Source of the DNA: a virus | Taxonomy: Duplodnaviria > Caudoviricetes | Length of the DNA stretch: 53,346 nt | IMG/VR virus record: IMGVR_UViG_3300048065_000224 | Coordinates: 1 to 53,346 of that record | Strand: one strand, 5' to 3' | The notes under the pieces: generated by a model | The model's database searches: none | What the model saw: the letters and a program-made list of their open reading frames with translations, nothing else | Told to the model about the DNA's origin: nothing | Made by a program: the position numbers and the translations under genes | Part shown: one piece after another, positions 1 through 9,081 of the stretch | Layout: each line of letters begins with the position of its first letter | How positions within the stretch are numbered: the stretch's first letter is position 1

Positions 1-127
1 GCGGTACAAATTATACTGCAGGTGGGTCAAACTTAGTTGGTGCAACTATTGCAACAGATGGCACAACTGCTACTTTAGATTTTACTACTGACTTAGTATT
101 CAGTAACGTAACTGTATCTGCTGATGG
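1..127. repeat. Terminal direct repeat, copy 1 (circular-assembly overlap)
   Basis: Bases 1-127 are identical to 53220-53346, and the repeat lies inside a CDS. Confidence 0.95.
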
Positions 128-269
128 ATGTATTATATACAACACTGCAAACAGTAACTCTGCTATCGCTGTTATTGACTTTGGTGGTACAGTATCTGCT
201 ACTGCAGGTGATTTAACTATAGAGTTCCCAACTGCTGACGCATCAAACGCTATTGTACGTATAGCTTAA
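1..269 (+). CDS. 3' part of virion structural protein spanning the circular junction (starts 53048)
   Basis: Frame continues from ATG 53048 through the overlap to TAA 267-269 (...IEFPTADASNAIVRIA*). Thr/Ala/Gly-rich. Confidence 0.8.
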   Translation, partial: GTNYTAGGSNLVGATIATDGTTATLDFTTDLVFSNVTVSADGCIIYNTANSNSAIAVIDFGGTVSATAGDLTIEFPTADASNAIVRIA

Positions 270-279
270 GGAGTAGAAC

Positions 280-1146
280 ATGGCGTTCTATGATACCGCT
301 GATGCTATTTACGGTACAGGGCAATATGGAGCTGCAAGCTATGGCATTGTAACTCCGAATGTTTCCTTGACAGGTGTGAGTGCAACTGCTCTTACTCGTA
401 CCATACATATAAATGCTTTTGAAGTAGATATCACAGAACCTTTGTATGGTCCTAATGCCCTTACAGGCTCGGTAGGCTCATTAGAGTTTTCTAACACTGT
501 AAGTCTTACAGGAGTAGCAGGCACTGGGCAGATTGGCACAGTTTCACCAAACATTGCTTTTGGTATTACTGGGGTAAGTGCTACAGGTGCTACCAATACT
601 GTAACTGAAAATGTAACTGCAAAACCTACAGGTGTTGTAGGAACATTTACTATTAACGCAGCAGGGCTTAGTATTAGGTCTATTAACCGTGTTCCTGTAA
701 CAGGTTCGCCTATGACAGGTTCTATAGGTACGTTAAGTCCTAATGTAGATGAACCAATTGCTACAGGTGTTCAAGGTACAACAGCATCAGGCTCTGTTCA
801 AGTTAATATTGCTGAAAAAGTATCAGGTGTATCTGCAACAGGTGGCATAGGTTCTTTAGAACATAGTAATACTGTAACACTAACAGGTGTTGAAGGTGTA
901 GGTCAAGTTGGTGAAGTAGAAGATCAACCACTAGAAAGAATAGCTACAGGTGTACAAGCAACAGGTGCAATAGGTTCTGTTACCGTTAACATTGTTGAAG
1001 ATGTTACGGGCGTAGTTGGAACATTCTCAGTGGGTACTCCTACAGTAACAGGCGTCGTTACAACATTCACTGCATCAGCATACGATAGAAGAAATGTAGC
1101 TAATACACTACCCAAACAAACAAGCTCACGAAGGAGGGCTGCTTAA
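280..1146 (+). CDS. Repetitive beta-rich virion fibre/accessory structural protein
   Basis: AAGGAG RBS; ~20-aa periodic TGVSATGxIG repeats; N-terminal YGTGQYG motif. Confidence 0.7.
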   Translation: MAFYDTADAIYGTGQYGAASYGIVTPNVSLTGVSATALTRTIHINAFEVDITEPLYGPNALTGSVGSLEFSNTVSLTGVAGTGQIGTVSPNIAFGITGVSATGATNTVTENVTAKPTGVVGTFTINAAGLSIRSINRVPVTGSPMTGSIGTLSPNVDEPIATGVQGTTASGSVQVNIAEKVSGVSATGGIGSLEHSNTVTLTGVEGVGQVGEVEDQPLERIATGVQATGAIGSVTVNIVEDVTGVVGTFSVGTPTVTGVVTTFTASAYDRRNVANTLPKQTSSRRRAA

Positions 1147-1466
1147 TGGCATTAAAATGGCCCGATAAAGATCCTGACGAACAGTTAGACTATTCAATAA
1201 ACTGGAAACCTGCTCTAGGCACTGATACAATCTCATCAGTTATTTGGAAAATATATGATGCAGATGGTGTATTGCAGACTTGGTCAAACAGTCAAATTGT
1301 AAATGGTTTACAGCTTGTTAGTCGTACAAATACAACCACTGTTGCTACAATATATCTAGGCAGTGGTACTGCTTTCACAACATATAAGATTGTGTGTAGT
1401 GTGACTGCTAGTGATGCTACTGTTCGTGAACAAGAAGTTCGTATAAGAGTCGTGGAGAAAAACTGA
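1146..1466 (+). CDS. Putative fibre/tail adaptor protein
   Basis: KDPDEQLDYSINW N-terminus resembles small phage adaptor proteins; translationally coupled. Confidence 0.6.
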   Translation: MALKWPDKDPDEQLDYSINWKPALGTDTISSVIWKIYDADGVLQTWSNSQIVNGLQLVSRTNTTTVATIYLGSGTAFTTYKIVCSVTASDATVREQEVRIRVVEKN

Positions 1467-2146
1467 TGGCTTACGATTATCTCTCCCTTACAAATGAAGT
1501 TTGTCGCAGACTTAATGAGACAGAACTTACATCTTCTAATTTTGCTACAGCCAATGGGTTTTACTCTCAAGTCAAAGACGCAATCAATGCTGCTATTCGT
1601 GACATAAACCAGAAGCATTTCAGTTGGCCCTTTAATCACAACACAGATGACATAACTCTTACTGCAGGTGAGCTAAGATACCCTCTACCAGAGAACGCAA
1701 AGTACACAGACTTTGATACTGTTCGTATCTTACGCAATGCTTCACTCGATCTCAACGAAGCAAGAAGATTGAAGCAACTGAGTTACGATGAATATGTAGA
1801 CAGATACATAAATCAAGAAGGTGAAACAGATACTACAAAAGGTACAGTTCCTGAATACATAGTTCGATCCCAAGATGGCGATCTTATCGTTGCACCTATG
1901 CCAGATAAAGCGTACACAATCGAGTATGAATTTTTTATGATCCCTGCCGACTTAGATACGTACGATGACGTTCCAACAATACCATTCAGATTCAAGCATG
2001 TAGTTGTGGATGGTGCAATGTATCACTCGTACATGTTCAGAGACAATCTTGAATCAGCTACATTATCTCTCCGTAAGTTTGAAGATGGTCTTAAGCAAAT
2101 GAGAACTTTACTTGTTAATGAAAACGTATACGCAAGGGCGGTTTAA
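1466..2146 (+). CDS. Tail tubular protein A / head-tail adaptor
   Basis: 226 aa; YLSLTNEVCRRLNE start; position before nozzle gene as in podoviruses. Confidence 0.7.
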   Translation: MAYDYLSLTNEVCRRLNETELTSSNFATANGFYSQVKDAINAAIRDINQKHFSWPFNHNTDDITLTAGELRYPLPENAKYTDFDTVRILRNASLDLNEARRLKQLSYDEYVDRYINQEGETDTTKGTVPEYIVRSQDGDLIVAPMPDKAYTIEYEFFMIPADLDTYDDVPTIPFRFKHVVVDGAMYHSYMFRDNLESATLSLRKFEDGLKQMRTLLVNENVYARAV

Positions 2147-3669
2147 TGCCTGATAGGTGGCAGACACATTCGTTTGAATTTAAAGGTGGTTTGATAACCA
2201 ACTTATCCCCGTATCAACAGGGATTTCAAGCTCCCGGATCAGCAAGAATACTCCGTAATTTTGAGCCATCAATATTTGGTGGATACACTCGAATAGAAGG
2301 TTTCACTAAGTTTGATACAAATGAACTTAGTAACACAGGTGTTGTTAGGGGTATACATCGTTACGGTGGGAATGTTTACGCTGTAAGAGGTGATGATCTA
2401 TTTAGATCTGGTGGATCAGGATGGACACAGATAAGTGACAATGCTACGTACAATAGTGCAGGTGTCACAGTAGGTGGAGCAGGCAAGGTACGATTTCTGA
2501 AGTATGACTTTGATGGCACAGAGAAACTCATGCTTGTAGATAGTACGGGTAAGCCTTATAGATTTGACGGTACTACATTTGAACAATTATCTTCTTTACC
2601 GACTGATACATCAGGTTCTAGCTTCATAGTTAATTTTAAGAATCACATTTTTCTCGGAAACGGTAAAAGTCTTGTTTTTTCTGCTCCTTATGACGATACA
2701 GACTTTACAAGTGCGAGTGGTGGTGGTATAATAAACGTAGCTGATACAATAACTGGATTAATTGTTTTCCGTGAAAAACTTATCGTATTTAGTGAAAGTA
2801 GTATAAACGTTCTTAATGGCAACAGTGTAGGTGACTTTCAACTACAACCCGTATCAAGAGACTTAGGGTGTGTTGCTGAAGATACCATTCAAGAGATAGG
2901 TGGCGACGTTATATTCTTAGGTCCTGATGGACTCAGACTTTTCTCTGCTACAGATAAGATTGGTGACTTTAGTCTTGCGGCCGTATCAAAAACAATACAA
3001 GTTGAGATACTTGATTTAATAAGTAGTAGTCCAAATGGCTTTGCAAGTACAGTTATCCGAGAAAAAAGTCAGTACAGAATATTTGGATACAACTCAACAT
3101 ATACCAACGCTTCGGCAAAAGGGATTGGTGCAACTCAATTAGAAACTGGTATAGCATTCAACGATACACGTGGCATAAATGCTTTTGTAACTTACAGTGA
3201 GTATGACGGTTTCGCAGAAAGAATTTACTTCGGTAACGCAGATGGATTCATATATCAAATGGAACAAGGCAATACGTTTGCAGGCACAGATATACCTGCT
3301 ACGTTTGCCACTCCGTTTATCCCATTGGGCGACCCGACTGTACGAAAGACAATATACAAAGGTACAACATATTTAGATGTAAATGGTGACTTTGACCTTG
3401 AGTTTTCTCTCAAGTTTGATTTTGACCAACCCGATAGTATTCAACCTGACTCGATACTATCAAGTGATGCAGCTGCATCAATAACATACGGTTCAGGTAT
3501 TTATGGAACATCTTTGTTTGGGGTAAAACAAAAAGCCACGTACGAAGTACAAACAATAGGTTCAGGATTTACAGTGTCAATACTATATGAAACAACAGGT
3601 GCGAACACAGACGCTGTCTTTACAATAGACGCTGCTACATTGCAGTATTCTACTAACGCTAGGAGATAA
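2146..3669 (+). CDS. Tail tubular protein B / nozzle (stabilisation protein)
   Basis: 507 aa, beta-propeller-like composition (GCVAEDTIQEIGGDVIFLGPDGLR); lies between adaptor and fibre. Confidence 0.7.
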   Translation: MPDRWQTHSFEFKGGLITNLSPYQQGFQAPGSARILRNFEPSIFGGYTRIEGFTKFDTNELSNTGVVRGIHRYGGNVYAVRGDDLFRSGGSGWTQISDNATYNSAGVTVGGAGKVRFLKYDFDGTEKLMLVDSTGKPYRFDGTTFEQLSSLPTDTSGSSFIVNFKNHIFLGNGKSLVFSAPYDDTDFTSASGGGIINVADTITGLIVFREKLIVFSESSINVLNGNSVGDFQLQPVSRDLGCVAEDTIQEIGGDVIFLGPDGLRLFSATDKIGDFSLAAVSKTIQVEILDLISSSPNGFASTVIREKSQYRIFGYNSTYTNASAKGIGATQLETGIAFNDTRGINAFVTYSEYDGFAERIYFGNADGFIYQMEQGNTFAGTDIPATFATPFIPLGDPTVRKTIYKGTTYLDVNGDFDLEFSLKFDFDQPDSIQPDSILSSDAAASITYGSGIYGTSLFGVKQKATYEVQTIGSGFTVSILYETTGANTDAVFTIDAATLQYSTNARR

Positions 3670-3672
3670 AAA

Positions 3673-5661
3673 ATGGGAAACGGATACACCCGTAATGATA
3701 CAGCAAATAACATTGCAGACGGTAACGTAATTAACGCATCCGATCTCGATGGAGAGTTTGATAAACTTCAGACTGCATTTGACGGTACAACAGGACACTC
3801 ACATGACGGTACTACAGGTGAAGGACCACAGATTGATACGACAGGAATAGCCAACGATGCTGTTACAGGAGATAAACTTGCTGATAACATACAAATAGCA
3901 GGTACTCTTGGTGTAACAGGTGAGACCACATTAAGTACGCACCTTAACATGGGGGACAACGATATCATTAAATTAGGTGACAGTGCTGACCTACAGATTT
4001 ATCACGATGGTGTGTCAAATGGTACTTTTATACAAGAGTCTGGAACTGGAAATCTTATTATAGATTCAACTAATTTGAATATTCGTAATGCAACAGGTAC
4101 AAAAGTTTACATGAATGCAACCGATGGTGGTGCAGTAACTTTAAGATATGATGGAGGTATAAGTCTACAAACTACCTCAACAGGTGTTGACGTAACAGGT
4201 GAGCTACAATCTGACAGTCTTGATGTAGATGGTAATGCTGATATCAGTGGTTCACTCACAATGGGTGGCAACATTGATATGCAAGATGATGATGAGTTGC
4301 TGATAGGAACAGGCGATGATTTAAGACTATACCACACTAGTAGTAATAGCTATATAGATTCAAATGGTGCTGGAAATTTATATATTAGACAAAAAAATAA
4401 TGACTATGATGTTATTATAGAATCTGACGATAGTGTTGGAGGAACAACTACATACTTTCAAGCAGATGGCTCTACTGGAGAATCTAGGCTTTTTCACTAT
4501 GGTACTCAAAAACTTAACACCAAATCAGATGGTGTGCTTATTGGTGGTGAACTTGAAGCGACTACCTTAGATATCAATGGCAATGCTGATATTAGTGGTC
4601 AGCTAACTATGCACAATAATGTAAACCTACAAGACAATGACATATTACAATTAGGTTCTAGCCAAGATTTACAGATTTATCATGATGGCACGAACAGTTT
4701 TATAAAGGACAATGGTACTGGTGGTATCTTTATGAGAGCCACAAGTAACATTAAAATGGAGTCTACAGATGGTAACAGAGTTCTAGCAGAATTTGTTGAT
4801 TCAGCAGGAGTAAACCTTTACTATAATAACTCTAATAAATTACAAACCAAATCAGATGGCGTAGATATTACAGGTGAGTTACAGTCAGACAGTCTAGACG
4901 TAGATGGCAATGCTAATATCAGTGGCACACTCACAATGGGTGGTAATATTAATATACAAGATGGTGATACCTTAAGAATAGGTACTGGTGCTGACTTACG
5001 ACTCTACCACGATGGTTCTGATTCATACATAGATGACATTGGTACTGGTGATTTATACATAAGAGCAAACGACCAGTTAAGATTACAAAAGTACACTGGC
5101 GAAAATATGATTATTTGTAATGTTGATAATGCAGTACAGCTATATTATGATAATGCACAAAAAATGCAAACAACATCAGATGGCATCTATGTAACTGGTA
5201 ATGTGCAGTCAACAACTGGTCATTACGAAGGACCGAGTGCAGGTGATTACATGGACATACAGAGTAGTGTTATAGATTTTAACATTAACAGTGCTATTAA
5301 AGTTCGTATAGAATCAGATGGTGACGTTCATGCAGATGGTGACGTAATTGCTTACTCAACGACTGTGCCATCAGACGAAAGACTAAAGACAGACATTGAA
5401 AGGATTGAAAATGCTACAGACAAAGTAAGTCAGCTTAATGGTTACACATTCACATACAAAGCAGATGGTAAGAAATCAGCAGGTGTTATTGCACAAGAAG
5501 TAGAGAAAGTTCTTCCAACCGCAGTAAGTGAAAAAGAGTTGCCATTAAAGATGGATGATGGTGTAGCATATAAGACTGTACAACACGACCAAATCATAGG
5601 TCTTTTAATTGAGTCAATCAAAGAACTTAAGCAAGAAATAAATGAATTAAAAGGAGCTTAG
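3673..5661 (+). CDS. Tail fibre with C-terminal intramolecular chaperone (peptidase S74-like)
   Basis: Internal ~100-aa repeats (GDxxDLQIYHDG...LDVDGNADISG); C-terminal SDERLKTDI...GVIAQEVEKVLP...LLIESIKEL motif. Confidence 0.85.
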   Translation: MGNGYTRNDTANNIADGNVINASDLDGEFDKLQTAFDGTTGHSHDGTTGEGPQIDTTGIANDAVTGDKLADNIQIAGTLGVTGETTLSTHLNMGDNDIIKLGDSADLQIYHDGVSNGTFIQESGTGNLIIDSTNLNIRNATGTKVYMNATDGGAVTLRYDGGISLQTTSTGVDVTGELQSDSLDVDGNADISGSLTMGGNIDMQDDDELLIGTGDDLRLYHTSSNSYIDSNGAGNLYIRQKNNDYDVIIESDDSVGGTTTYFQADGSTGESRLFHYGTQKLNTKSDGVLIGGELEATTLDINGNADISGQLTMHNNVNLQDNDILQLGSSQDLQIYHDGTNSFIKDNGTGGIFMRATSNIKMESTDGNRVLAEFVDSAGVNLYYNNSNKLQTKSDGVDITGELQSDSLDVDGNANISGTLTMGGNINIQDGDTLRIGTGADLRLYHDGSDSYIDDIGTGDLYIRANDQLRLQKYTGENMIICNVDNAVQLYYDNAQKMQTTSDGIYVTGNVQSTTGHYEGPSAGDYMDIQSSVIDFNINSAIKVRIESDGDVHADGDVIAYSTTVPSDERLKTDIERIENATDKVSQLNGYTFTYKADGKKSAGVIAQEVEKVLPTAVSEKELPLKMDDGVAYKTVQHDQIIGLLIESIKELKQEINELKGA

Positions 5662-5664
5662 TAA

Positions 5665-6651
5665 ATGCCACTTCCTAATTCTGGTCAAATTAGTTTATCC
5701 GATATTGCAGCCGAGTTTGGTGGTTCTGCTCCTCATGCACTATCTGAATACTACAGCAAAGGTAATGCACCTGCTTCAGGTGAGATACAGATAGGTGCTG
5801 ACTTTTATGGAACTTCTGCCTCTTATAGCATTAACTTTTTTGTCTTGGCAGGAGGCGGTGGTGGAGGAAATAGATTTGCTGCCTCTGGTGCTGGTGCAGG
5901 GGGATTAAGAACATCTACACAAACAGTAGATGGTGGAACTGTAATTTCAGTTTCAGTTGGTGGAGGAGGCTCTGGAGGAACTACTAATGCTCATGGAGGT
6001 TATGGGGGAACATCCACTATATCAGGCTCTGGTCTAACAACTATTCAAAGTGCAGGTGGTGCAGGTGGAGTGTCCTACGATACAGGTGTTTCACCTGATT
6101 ACTACTCATTTAGTGGTGGTTGTGGGTCAGGTTCTATTCAAGGAAGACCTGCAGGGCAAGGTAACGTACCTAGTGTATCGCCTAGTCAAGGTAACAATGG
6201 GGGTGGTAGTGCAGGAACTACTGGTCCTAACTCTGGTCAAGGCGGTGGTGGCGGAGGCAATGGTAGTGTAGGAGACACAGGAAGTAACTCTAGTGGACAC
6301 GAAGCAGGTGGTGGTAATGGTTCAGTAAGTAATATAACTGGAAGCTCAGTGACTTATGGTGGAGGAGGAGGTGCTGCAGGAAGAGGTGGTACAAGAGAAG
6401 GTCCGGGAGGTTCTGGAGGAGGTGGACCCGCAGGAACAGGAACTGCAGGAACTCCGGGAACAAATGGTCTTGGAGCAGGAGGTGGAGCTACTGACAGTAA
6501 TTCAGGAGGTGGCTCAGGTGGCTCTGGCGTAGTTATATTAAGTTTACCTACATCTAACTACTCAGGTACGACAACTGGCTCACCAACTGTTACAACAAGT
6601 GGAAGTAATACCATTTTAAAGTTTACAGGTTCAGGGAGTTATACTGCGTAA
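5665..6651 (+). CDS. Glycine-rich tail fibre / receptor-binding protein
   Basis: MPLPNSGQISLSDIAAEFGG N-terminal attachment motif followed by poly-Gly repeats ending GGSGVVIL...FTGSGSYTA. Confidence 0.75.
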   Translation: MPLPNSGQISLSDIAAEFGGSAPHALSEYYSKGNAPASGEIQIGADFYGTSASYSINFFVLAGGGGGGNRFAASGAGAGGLRTSTQTVDGGTVISVSVGGGGSGGTTNAHGGYGGTSTISGSGLTTIQSAGGAGGVSYDTGVSPDYYSFSGGCGSGSIQGRPAGQGNVPSVSPSQGNNGGGSAGTTGPNSGQGGGGGGNGSVGDTGSNSSGHEAGGGNGSVSNITGSSVTYGGGGGAAGRGGTREGPGGSGGGGPAGTGTAGTPGTNGLGAGGGATDSNSGGGSGGSGVVILSLPTSNYSGTTTGSPTVTTSGSNTILKFTGSGSYTA

Positions 6652-7118
6652 TGGCACACTTTGCAAAAATAGGAACAGATAATATAGTACAAGATGTAAT
6701 TAAAGTGGCTGATGAAGCTATTATTGACGAAAATGGCGTAGAGCAAGAGCAACTAGGAATAGACTTTTTGGCAAATTTAACTGGGCATACTTACTGGAAA
6801 CAAGTATCTTATAACACAATTGGTGGTGTTTATTGGGAAAGAGATGAACAAGGAAAAGTTACTGTGCCATCCTCAGACCAAAGTAAAGCACTTAGAAAAA
6901 ATTACCCAATAAGAGGTGGGGTATATGATGAAACAAGAGATGCTTTTTATGAAAAGCAAGTTTACGCTTCTTGGACATTAAATGAAACAACATGTATATG
7001 GGAAGCACCTATTCCTAGACCAAGTGATGATAGCAATGAAACTCCCTACACATGGAATGAGGATGCTTATCAAGAAGACAATACACAAGGTTGGGAATTG
7101 CTTGTATTTGATGAGTAA
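6651..7118 (+). CDS. Conserved protein accompanying Gly-rich fibres (probable fibre chaperone/partner)
   Basis: MAHFAKI...WKQVSYN...RKNY...YDETRDAF...SWTLNETTCIWEAPIPRP pattern. Confidence 0.65.
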   Translation: MAHFAKIGTDNIVQDVIKVADEAIIDENGVEQEQLGIDFLANLTGHTYWKQVSYNTIGGVYWERDEQGKVTVPSSDQSKALRKNYPIRGGVYDETRDAFYEKQVYASWTLNETTCIWEAPIPRPSDDSNETPYTWNEDAYQEDNTQGWELLVFDE

Positions 7119-7680
7119 AGATTTCATATTAAGTTGGACTATTCCAGAGTATATATGCGATGAAATAATATATTACTTTAAGAAAAATAAAAATTTACAC
7201 TACAGAGGCGTTGTACAAGGTACAAACAATAATATACAAAATAAAGATTTGAAAGTTTCTACAGATATAAGTATTGATGCTGATAATAATAACAAACCAT
7301 TTTCTGACTATCGTAACGAACTACAAAATTGTTTAAATCTATACGTTGAAACGTACCCACAAGTTAACAATCTATACAGATTTAACGTATTAGAGCCTTA
7401 CAATATACAACATTATAAAAAAGGCGAAGGTTTTAAAGCGGAACATTGTGAAAGAAATGGTTCATTTAATTTAAGTTTGAAAAGATGTTTGGTATTTATG
7501 ACATATTTAAATGATGTAGAAGATGGAGGTACTAAATTCATTTATCAAAATAGAATTGTAAAAGCACAAAAGGGTAAAACAATTATATGGCCCAGTGATT
7601 GGACTCACACGCACTGTGGTCAAATATCAAAAACGCAAGAGAAAACAATCATTACAGGTTGGTTTAGTTATCTCTGGTAA
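7111..7680 (+). CDS. 2OG-Fe(II) oxygenase (HxE type)
   Basis: HCE...FMTYLNDVEDGGT...WPSDWTHTH...K-IITGW. Likely start is ATG 7111, overlapping the upstream stop, not 6982. Confidence 0.85.
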   Translation: MSKDFILSWTIPEYICDEIIYYFKKNKNLHYRGVVQGTNNNIQNKDLKVSTDISIDADNNNKPFSDYRNELQNCLNLYVETYPQVNNLYRFNVLEPYNIQHYKKGEGFKAEHCERNGSFNLSLKRCLVFMTYLNDVEDGGTKFIYQNRIVKAQKGKTIIWPSDWTHTHCGQISKTQEKTIITGWFSYLW

Positions 7681-7694
7681 TTTTACAGATTATG

Positions 7695-7703
7695 TGCTAT
7701 AAT
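7695..7703 (+). promoter_or_regulatory. Extended -10 promoter (TGcTATAAT), probably leaderless transcript
   Basis: TG 7695-96 and TATAAT 7698-7703; ATG at 7709 has no SD. Confidence 0.55.
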
Positions 7704-7708
7704 ATAGT

Positions 7709-8296
7709 ATGGATTTATTTACAACCTATATCCAAAGAGATAAAGACGAAACTATAGCAAATACTATATTACAACCATGCAAAGAAGTTTTGTCTAATGT
7801 GCCTAAAGATGAAAGATATAAATACGGTAAAACATCGTTTTTTAACACTAATATATGGAATGAATATAGCAGTAAGTTTCAAGCATTGTATGATTTTATT
7901 TTTAAAAATGCTTTTGCTTACTGTGAAAAGTTACAAATACAAAATGTAAATAGGGTGTCCATAGAAACTATATGGGTGTCAGAGATGTACAAATATGGTC
8001 AACATAAAGTACATGGACATAATGGATACTGTGATTTAAGTGGTAATTTTTATGTGCATACAGAACCAAACAGTGCAGATATAATTTTTCATAGGCATGA
8101 ATTTATTAATGACCCTAATTCAAGATTCGATTTTAAAGAATATAATAAATATAATTCAAATGAATGGAGATTTCCTGCACAAAAAGGAAATATATTAATA
8201 TGGAAATCAGATTTACCACATTCAGTAGATTTAAATATGAGCAAAAGTAGAATAGCTATATCCTTTAATTTAAAATTAATAACAGAAACAAATTAA
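7709..8296 (+). CDS. Putative 2OG-Fe(II) oxygenase (TIGR02466-like, HxH type)
   Basis: W...HKVHGH...SGNFYV...W-S-L-HSV...RIAISFN. Confidence 0.8.
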   Translation: MDLFTTYIQRDKDETIANTILQPCKEVLSNVPKDERYKYGKTSFFNTNIWNEYSSKFQALYDFIFKNAFAYCEKLQIQNVNRVSIETIWVSEMYKYGQHKVHGHNGYCDLSGNFYVHTEPNSADIIFHRHEFINDPNSRFDFKEYNKYNSNEWRFPAQKGNILIWKSDLPHSVDLNMSKSRIAISFNLKLITETN

Positions 8297-8866
8297 ATGG
8301 GTGATGCACAACACACATATTGGGTTTTTGATAAAGCGTTAGATAAAAAAACATGTAAAAAAATTATTGATTTAGGAAAAGATAAATGGGAAGAAGCAAA
8401 AGTAGGTGTGACCACAGAAAGCAAACTTGATAAAGAAAAAAGAAAAACAGATGTTGCTTGGTCAAACGATGAATGGCTTTTTAATATTTGTTGGGAGTTT
8501 TTACACACTGCAAACAAAAACTCAAACTGGAATTTTGAAATTAGTGCTTGTGAGCCAATGCAAATAACAAAGTACAAAAAAGATGGTCATTACGATTTTC
8601 ACTTTGATGGGGATGGGTTTACAAGATTCAACAATCCAAGCAACAAGTTTCTCCATAGAACGACTAGAAAATTATCAATGACAATAGTACTTAATGAAGA
8701 GTATGAAGGTGGCGAGTTTGAGTTCTTTGAAGATAAGAACTTAATAAAAGAAAAGATGGGAACTGTAATTGTTTTTCCTTCATATATGGTACACAAAGTA
8801 AGACCTGTAACAAGTGGAACAAGATACTCCTTAGTTGCGTGGTTCTGTGGACAACCTTTCAAATAG
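8297..8866 (+). CDS. 2OG-Fe(II) oxygenase (PKHD/prolyl-hydroxylase-like, HxD type)
   Basis: YDFHFD...RKLSMTIVL...YEGGEFEF...FPSYMVHKVRPVTSGTRYSLVAWFCG. Confidence 0.9.
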   Translation: MGDAQHTYWVFDKALDKKTCKKIIDLGKDKWEEAKVGVTTESKLDKEKRKTDVAWSNDEWLFNICWEFLHTANKNSNWNFEISACEPMQITKYKKDGHYDFHFDGDGFTRFNNPSNKFLHRTTRKLSMTIVLNEEYEGGEFEFFEDKNLIKEKMGTVIVFPSYMVHKVRPVTSGTRYSLVAWFCGQPFK

Positions 8867-8876
8867 GAAATAGTAA

Positions 8877-9071
8877 ATGAAACTAGACATGCAACCTGAA
8901 CTCAAAGTACAGATGGAACTAGATGCACACGAAAAAGAGTGTGCCATCCGATACCAAACAGTCAATGACAAGCTCTGTACCCTAGACAAAAGAATGTGGC
9001 GAATAGAAGCTATGTCTATGGTGGGTACACTTGGTGTGGTAGCTTTGGTTGTAGCAATCGTGATGAAATAA
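8877..9071 (+). CDS. Small coiled-coil protein with C-terminal TM helix
   Basis: HEKECAIRY motif, coiled coil, hydrophobic C-terminus. Confidence 0.7.
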   Translation: MKLDMQPELKVQMELDAHEKECAIRYQTVNDKLCTLDKRMWRIEAMSMVGTLGVVALVVAIVMK

Positions 9072-9081
9072 GGATAAAGAT

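Noticed and set aside
1-127. 127-bp terminal repeat as a biological DTR
   Set aside because: It lies mid-gene and 127 is a common assembler k-mer length, so it indicates circular assembly rather than the physical terminus.
3673-6651. Diversity-generating retroelement acting on the fibres
   Set aside because: No reverse transcriptase and no adenine-specific template/variable repeat pair seen.
6982-7110. N-terminal extension of the first oxygenase (and similar extensions at 22345, 23400, 27567, 29556, 36602)
   Set aside because: They overlap upstream genes or promoters; downstream starts mostly have better RBSs or translational coupling.
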